A DNA stretch of 60,063 nucleotides from a virus (taxonomy: Duplodnaviria > Caudoviricetes): positions 1 to 60,063 of the IMG/VR virus record IMGVR_UViG_3300032295_002162. One strand, given 5' to 3'. Position numbers and translations under genes: made by a program. Of the stretch, positions 55,455-60,063 are shown piece by piece. A model generated the notes under the pieces. It made no database searches and was not told where the DNA came from. It saw nothing but the letters and a program-made list of their open reading frames with translations. The stretch's first letter is position 1; every line of letters starts with the position of its first letter.

Positions 55455-56255
55455 TTACCAATATTTTTGTTCTATCGAATCTTCAGGTGGATGTGTATCC
55501 CAATGAATTACATCCGTATTATAAGATGATGCATCTTTTGGATACGGCATTATTGGATGTTTTAATCTTTTAAATAAATCCTTCTTTTCTTTCTTATCTT
55601 GTGCAAGAATTTGAATGTATCTATGTTTAGGTGGTTCTTCTCTTCTCCAAAATTCTTTATAACCACTCTTACCAATTTCTTTTCTTAAATGCTCTAAGTT
55701 ATTACTTCCCCAAGTTGAGAATACAGTTCTACTATGAATCCATTTAAAAGGATTATCTGAAAGTGAGATACCATAGTTAGGCATTAGGGCAATATCAGTA
55801 TTTAACCCCTGATAAATCCAATTCGTTGCCTGATATATACCTCCTAAATGTTTTTGTCCATTGTCAGCGTATGAAATTAAAACCTTAATTGCTTTATCAT
55901 TTTCCTTTAACCATTTGAAAGATTGTCCTAATGCAAATGATTCGATATTAGAACCATAACCATCATCACAATAAAGGCGAGTTAATTCCAATACATTATC
56001 TTTTGTTAATCCTTCACAAACCGATGTTGGTGCTTTTGCTCCAACAGGAAAACCATAAATGATTGCACCAATTAATTTATCACCATCAAATGTTGTAAGA
56101 TTATCTTCTCTATAATAAATACCCAATGAGTATCTACAAGCTGTCCAAGCGTGAGTGTAGTGTTTCTTAACAATAATATCTTTAGCTATACTTTTAGATA
56201 TTGGTGCTACATACACTTTAGAAGTATCACAATATTGTTTACCGTCAACTTTCAT
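55455..56255 (-). CDS. Mom-family adenine-modification (GNAT-like) protein, paralog 2
   Basis: KKHY, LIGAIIYG, LELTRL, ES, LISYAD..Q.HLGGIYQATNWIYQG, HSRT, KHRY. Confidence 0.88.
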   Translation of the reverse strand: MKVDGKQYCDTSKVYVAPISKSIAKDIIVKKHYTHAWTACRYSLGIYYREDNLTTFDGDKLIGAIIYGFPVGAKAPTSVCEGLTKDNVLELTRLYCDDGYGSNIESFALGQSFKWLKENDKAIKVLISYADNGQKHLGGIYQATNWIYQGLNTDIALMPNYGISLSDNPFKWIHSRTVFSTWGSNNLEHLRKEIGKSGYKEFWRREEPPKHRYIQILAQDKKEKKDLFKRLKHPIMPYPKDASSYNTDVIHWDTHPPEDSIEQKYW

Positions 56256-57012
56256 TTGTAACTGGATTTAATTGATGTATTTCTTCCATAAAATCTTCCG
56301 ATGTTTTCGGATATGGAAGCGTTGGGTGTTTTAATTCCTTTAATAATTTTTTTCTATCTTTACCACTAACTAAAATATAAACATATCTATGCTTTCGTGG
56401 TTCTTTCTTAATCCAAAATGGTGATGTTACCATTGTTTGAATTATCTTTGGGTCATTCGTTCCATACTTTACATACGAAGTTCTACTATGATGCCATTCA
56501 TCATCTTCGTTCCATTTAAAACTCCAACTATCATTGTATCTAAGTTTGTTACCCTGATATAACCAATTGGTTGCTTGATAGATTGTTCCGTTGTGTCCAA
56601 CTTTTGGATCTGAATATGATATCAGAGCTTTGATATGTGGTGCGTTTTCTCTTAACCAATCAAATGTTTGAGATAAAAACCAACTTTCAATGTTAGAACC
56701 ATAACCATCAAATACAAATAATCGGGTTAGTTCTAATACTTCAGTTCTCTCTAAAGAAGGTGTAATTGATTGCCCAGCACTTCTACCAATTGGGTCACCA
56801 TAACAAGCAACTCCAATTAGTTTTTCCTCTACGTTTGCAAAAAATGCGTGCTCTTCTACATCAGATGTAAATAAACCAATAGCATATGATACTTTAGTCC
56901 ACAATCCACTATAATGGTTATTGATGATAATATCTTTAGCTACCGATTTGTTTATTGGCCTGATTGATAATTTCGAAGTATCGCAGTATAGTTTGTTTTC
57001 TATTTTACCCAT
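56245..57012 (-). CDS. Mom-family adenine-modification (GNAT-like) protein, paralog 1
   Basis: NNHYS, LIGVACYG, LELTRL, LISYSD...HNGTIYQATNWLYQG, HSRT, KHRY, LPYPK. Confidence 0.88.
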   Translation of the reverse strand: MGKIENKLYCDTSKLSIRPINKSVAKDIIINNHYSGLWTKVSYAIGLFTSDVEEHAFFANVEEKLIGVACYGDPIGRSAGQSITPSLERTEVLELTRLFVFDGYGSNIESWFLSQTFDWLRENAPHIKALISYSDPKVGHNGTIYQATNWLYQGNKLRYNDSWSFKWNEDDEWHHSRTSYVKYGTNDPKIIQTMVTSPFWIKKEPRKHRYVYILVSGKDRKKLLKELKHPTLPYPKTSEDFMEEIHQLNPVTNES

Positions 57013-57197
57013 TCTGAAAAAGCTTGTTGGTATGCATCAACTTTATCAATGTTGGGATTAGCCACCATTTCTTTCTTAGCCCATTCAATTACCTCCAAGC
57101 GCAATCCATATGCGGATGCCTCCATTAAGATTTCTTCGATTTGTTCTTCGTTGGTCATAACATTTTTATTTAAATACTTCCACTGCTCCCACTCCAA
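57000..57197 (-). CDS. Hypothetical protein
   Basis: EEILMEASAYGLRLEV; real start may be MTNEE. Confidence 0.6.
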   Translation of the reverse strand: MEWEQWKYLNKNVMTNEEQIEEILMEASAYGLRLEVIEWAKKEMVANPNIDKVDAYQQAFSEWVK

Positions 57198-57382
57198 AAT
57201 TCATTTAAGTGAGCCCAAGTTTTCTTATCTATTATTTTTTTAATATTAGAGGGAGATACGTTGTGGTTACGAGCCATAACTCTAATGTTTCTGTGCCCTA
57301 TCTTCCACAAATGTCGTATCATCAACACTTGGTCATCAGTCAGTTTAGCTGAAGGATGGAATTGTCCTCTTAATATACCCAT
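57170..57382 (-). CDS. Stand-alone HTH resembling the C-terminal DNA-binding domain of HNH endonucleases
   Basis: RGQFHPSAKLTDDQVLMIR...ARNHNVSPSNIKKI...TWAH. Confidence 0.75.
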   Translation of the reverse strand: MGILRGQFHPSAKLTDDQVLMIRHLWKIGHRNIRVMARNHNVSPSNIKKIIDKKTWAHLNEFWSGSSGSI

Positions 57383-57386
57383 ATAA

Positions 57387-57418
57387 CAAATTTACGAAAC
57401 TTTTTTGATATTACCAAA
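57387..57418 (-). promoter_or_regulatory. Bacteroidota-type promoter (near-leaderless) heading the HTH-mom-mom operon
   Basis: TTTGG-N19-TAAATTTG. Confidence 0.7.
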
Positions 57419-57422
57419 TTTT

Positions 57423-57686
57423 TTATGCTAAATGTTGTGTAATAGCCTCAACTATTGCACCTTTAGGTTGCATACCTAAAAATCTCTTCATTTCTACACC
57501 ATCTCTTTCAATAACTATGGTTGGAACTGAACGAATACCATATTGAGTTGCCTCATCGTATGCTACATCCACATCATACTCTTCAAATTTTACATTTGAA
57601 AATTGTGTTTTTACTTCATTCATTACTGGAGCCAATGCTCTACATGGACCACACCATGCTGCTGAAAATTTCTTAACTGTTACCAT
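57423..57686 (-). CDS. trxA: Thioredoxin
   Basis: WCGPC, IRSVPT. Confidence 0.95.
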   Translation of the reverse strand: MVTVKKFSAAWCGPCRALAPVMNEVKTQFSNVKFEEYDVDVAYDEATQYGIRSVPTIVIERDGVEMKRFLGMQPKGAIVEAITQHLA

Positions 57687-57713
57687 AATTAATTTTTATA
57701 TATTTTATTTTTA

Positions 57714-59495
57714 TTAACCTTCACAACTTACACAAGTTTCATCCATTGCTCTTGCTGCTATATCACCTCTTAATACTGATTCGGTTCTCATATAGTAAAG
57801 AGTTTTAACACCTTGCTTCCACGCTTCCATATGGATTTGGTTAATCCACTTTGGTTCAGCCGTTGCAGGGAATGCTAAGTTTAGAGAAACTGCTTGGTCG
57901 ATATATTGTTGTCTTACACCTGCTTGTCTTACTAAGTCCAACTGATTTATTTCTTTGAATGTTTTGAATACATCCTTAACTGAATTACATCTACCTTTGT
58001 GAGATTCTTCAGTAACTTCACTGCATTCAACCAATTTACCATCTAAGTAACACCACTCATCTAAGAAATCTAAATCTTGCACCGAGCCACCATCTGCAAG
58101 GATTTTATCCCATACTTCTTTAGTATTTTTACCAATCTTACGAAGTAATCTTTCCAATTCAGGATTTTTTCTAATGAAAGTTCCTTTTGATGTTTGTTCC
58201 GTAAATACGTTAGCTGCCCAAGGTTCAATACCACTACTTACGTTACCACTCAACTTAGAGTTTGATACCGTAGGTGCCACTGCTCTTAAGTGTGTGTTTC
58301 TGAAACCACTTTCTTTACACCATAATGGTTCGCCATATTCATTTGCCAAATCTCTACTTGCTCTTTCACTTTCAATCTTTAATTGAGAGAAAATCTTACG
58401 AGTTTCAAATTGAGCTTGCAATCCTTCGAATGGTAATCCTTTTTGTTGTAAGTAAGTGTGCCATCCCAATACACCTAAACCCAATGCTCTACCTCTTTCC
58501 GCTGAACGAACTGAATTCTCAAATCCTTTCATATTCTTAGCTCTTTGTAAGAACTCTTCCAATACACCATCTAAGAAAATAGTAGATGTATAAACTAAAT
58601 CAGTATCTTTCCATTCATCATACTTTGCTAAGTTAAGTGAACTTAAACAACAAACGAATGAATGTTGCTCATCGGTATGTAAAACGATTTCAGAACAAAT
58701 GTTGGTCATGTGAACTTTCAATCCATTCTTCTTATACATTTCAGGATTTGCTTTGTTCACATTTCCTTTGTACATAATGTATGGTTCGCCGGTTGCTTTT
58801 CTTTTCTGAAGTAACTTGCCCCATTTACGTCTAGCATCAGAATCACCTTCTTCAACTTTCTTCATAAATCTATCACTAACTACAACACATTGATGTAAGT
58901 TAAGTGATTGACGGTTAACATCACCTTTAGGTTCTCTAATCTCTAAGAAATCTTCGAAGTCTTTGTGTTCTATTTTAATGTTTACCGATGCTGCTCCTCT
59001 ACGAACTGAACCCTGATTTGTAGCGAGGATAGTTGAATCATAAATCTTAGTGAATGGGACAATACCATCTGATGTTCCGTTACCAGTAATTTTACTACCA
59101 GCAGGTCTAATCATATTGATACCAATACCAACCCCACCACCATGCTTTGCTAACAACATTAATTCTAAGTTCTTAGAACCAATCTCATAGATACTATCAC
59201 CAACATCAATACCGAAGCATGAAATAGGTAATCCTCTATCAGTTCCTGTATTTGCTAATACCGGCGTTGCTAAACACAACCAACCTTTCCAAATATAATC
59301 AAAGAACTTTGTTGCTAATTGTGGTTTATCTAACCTCTTAGCAACTGCCGTAGCAACTCTCCAATATGCATCTTTTGGTTTTTCTCCTGCTTGCAAATAT
59401 GTTTTGGATATAGTTTTTATGTATATCTCATTATTACCCCAAGATGGAAAATCAACATCAACTTCCCATCCAAAATCTTCTCCGTAGTTTTTCAT
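57714..59495 (-). CDS. nrdA: Ribonucleotide reductase class I alpha subunit (no ATP cone)
   Basis: TPVLAN, ISCF, TNICSEI, CCLSS, APTVSNS, KTLYY, terminal CVSCEG. Confidence 0.96.
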   Translation of the reverse strand: MKNYGEDFGWEVDVDFPSWGNNEIYIKTISKTYLQAGEKPKDAYWRVATAVAKRLDKPQLATKFFDYIWKGWLCLATPVLANTGTDRGLPISCFGIDVGDSIYEIGSKNLELMLLAKHGGGVGIGINMIRPAGSKITGNGTSDGIVPFTKIYDSTILATNQGSVRRGAASVNIKIEHKDFEDFLEIREPKGDVNRQSLNLHQCVVVSDRFMKKVEEGDSDARRKWGKLLQKRKATGEPYIMYKGNVNKANPEMYKKNGLKVHMTNICSEIVLHTDEQHSFVCCLSSLNLAKYDEWKDTDLVYTSTIFLDGVLEEFLQRAKNMKGFENSVRSAERGRALGLGVLGWHTYLQQKGLPFEGLQAQFETRKIFSQLKIESERASRDLANEYGEPLWCKESGFRNTHLRAVAPTVSNSKLSGNVSSGIEPWAANVFTEQTSKGTFIRKNPELERLLRKIGKNTKEVWDKILADGGSVQDLDFLDEWCYLDGKLVECSEVTEESHKGRCNSVKDVFKTFKEINQLDLVRQAGVRQQYIDQAVSLNLAFPATAEPKWINQIHMEAWKQGVKTLYYMRTESVLRGDIAARAMDETCVSCEG

Positions 59496-59505
59496 AAATT
59501 ATTTT

Positions 59506-60063
59506 TTAAAATATATCATCCCAATTTTCACCCTCGCCTGCTTTTGAATAATCAGTAGGTCTCATAGCGAAGAAATCCGTATGAGTAACTCCACCAGTTA
59601 AATGGTAGAACCAATCCAATTCAGATGCTTTCTTTTCATTAAATTCGAAGTAGTCATCACCACCCTTAATAGGGTTATATCCCAACTCTCCTAATTTCTC
59701 ATTAACTCTTTTTGTAATAAATTCTTTTAGGTCATTCTTTTTAAGATTCTCCAAATCACCCATTTCAAAAATCTTATCAATGAATTTGTGTTCCAAATCT
59801 CTAATCATTTCAGCTGCTTTGTAGATATCAGCTTTTGCTTCTTCTAACAATTCAGGAAATTCATCACACATATGTCTGAATAATTGACAACCCATTTTAG
59901 AATGTAGGGATTCATCTCTCACACTCCACTTCATTTGTTGTCCAATTCCTTTTAATAAGTTTCTCATTTGGAAACTATAAAGAACTGCGAATGAAGAATA
60001 TAATGCCACACCTTCCGCAAATGCCGAAAAGATAGCAAGTGAACGAGCAACCTCAACTCTAGC
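59506..60063 (-). CDS. nrdB: Ribonucleotide reductase beta subunit, C-terminal part (runs off the window)
   Basis: AEGVALYSSF, RDESLH, TDFFAMRPTDYSK. Confidence 0.93.
   Translation of the reverse strand, partial: ARVEVARSLAIFSAFAEGVALYSSFAVLYSFQMRNLLKGIGQQMKWSVRDESLHSKMGCQLFRHMCDEFPELLEEAKADIYKAAEMIRDLEHKFIDKIFEMGDLENLKKNDLKEFITKRVNEKLGELGYNPIKGGDDYFEFNEKKASELDWFYHLTGGVTHTDFFAMRPTDYSKAGEGENWDDIF

Noticed and set aside
2866-58540. All plus-strand ORFs in the track, and nested minus-strand ORFs 33700-34029 and 39351-39575
   Set aside because: They are antisense or out-of-frame shadows of well-supported genes.
45739-59495. Inteins or introns in PolB or NrdA
   Set aside because: Both ORFs are of normal length with contiguous motifs.
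1-60063. Alternative genetic code
   Set aside because: Conserved genes are full length and tightly packed under code 11, and no suppressor tRNA was seen.

Overview
This is an AT-rich segment of a large tailed dsDNA phage with a T4-like replication module, and essentially all real genes lie on the minus strand. The host is probably Bacteroidota: 14 TTTG-N20-TAnnTTTG-type promoters, a DUF4494 gene, A-rich leaders without Shine-Dalgarno and a Bacteroidota-style tmRNA 5' end. Layout: (1) 1-2100 is a stable-RNA cluster with a non-canonical tRNA-Gly-like RNA, a ~860 nt ornate GOLLD-like ncRNA, two small promoter-driven hairpin RNAs, an initiator tRNA-Met and a tmRNA with a long tag. (2) Heme oxygenase plus a PcyA-type bilin reductase, small accessory genes and a MoxR AAA+/vWA pair. 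(3) CysC-like kinase and nucleotidyltransferase, then tail-fibre/C1q genes with a 76-bp swap repeat. (4) An ~18 kb glycosylation island. (5) Replication genes (clamp loader, clamp, PolB, dUTPase) interleaved with four Mom/DUF4338 GNAT-like proteins and a glycosyltransferase. (6) Thioredoxin and nrdAB. The lead hypothesis is a DNA adenine hypermodification system in which Mom-family enzymes are supplied by a dedicated, translation-incompetent tRNA-Gly. All family calls come from motif recognition by eye; no database searches were run.
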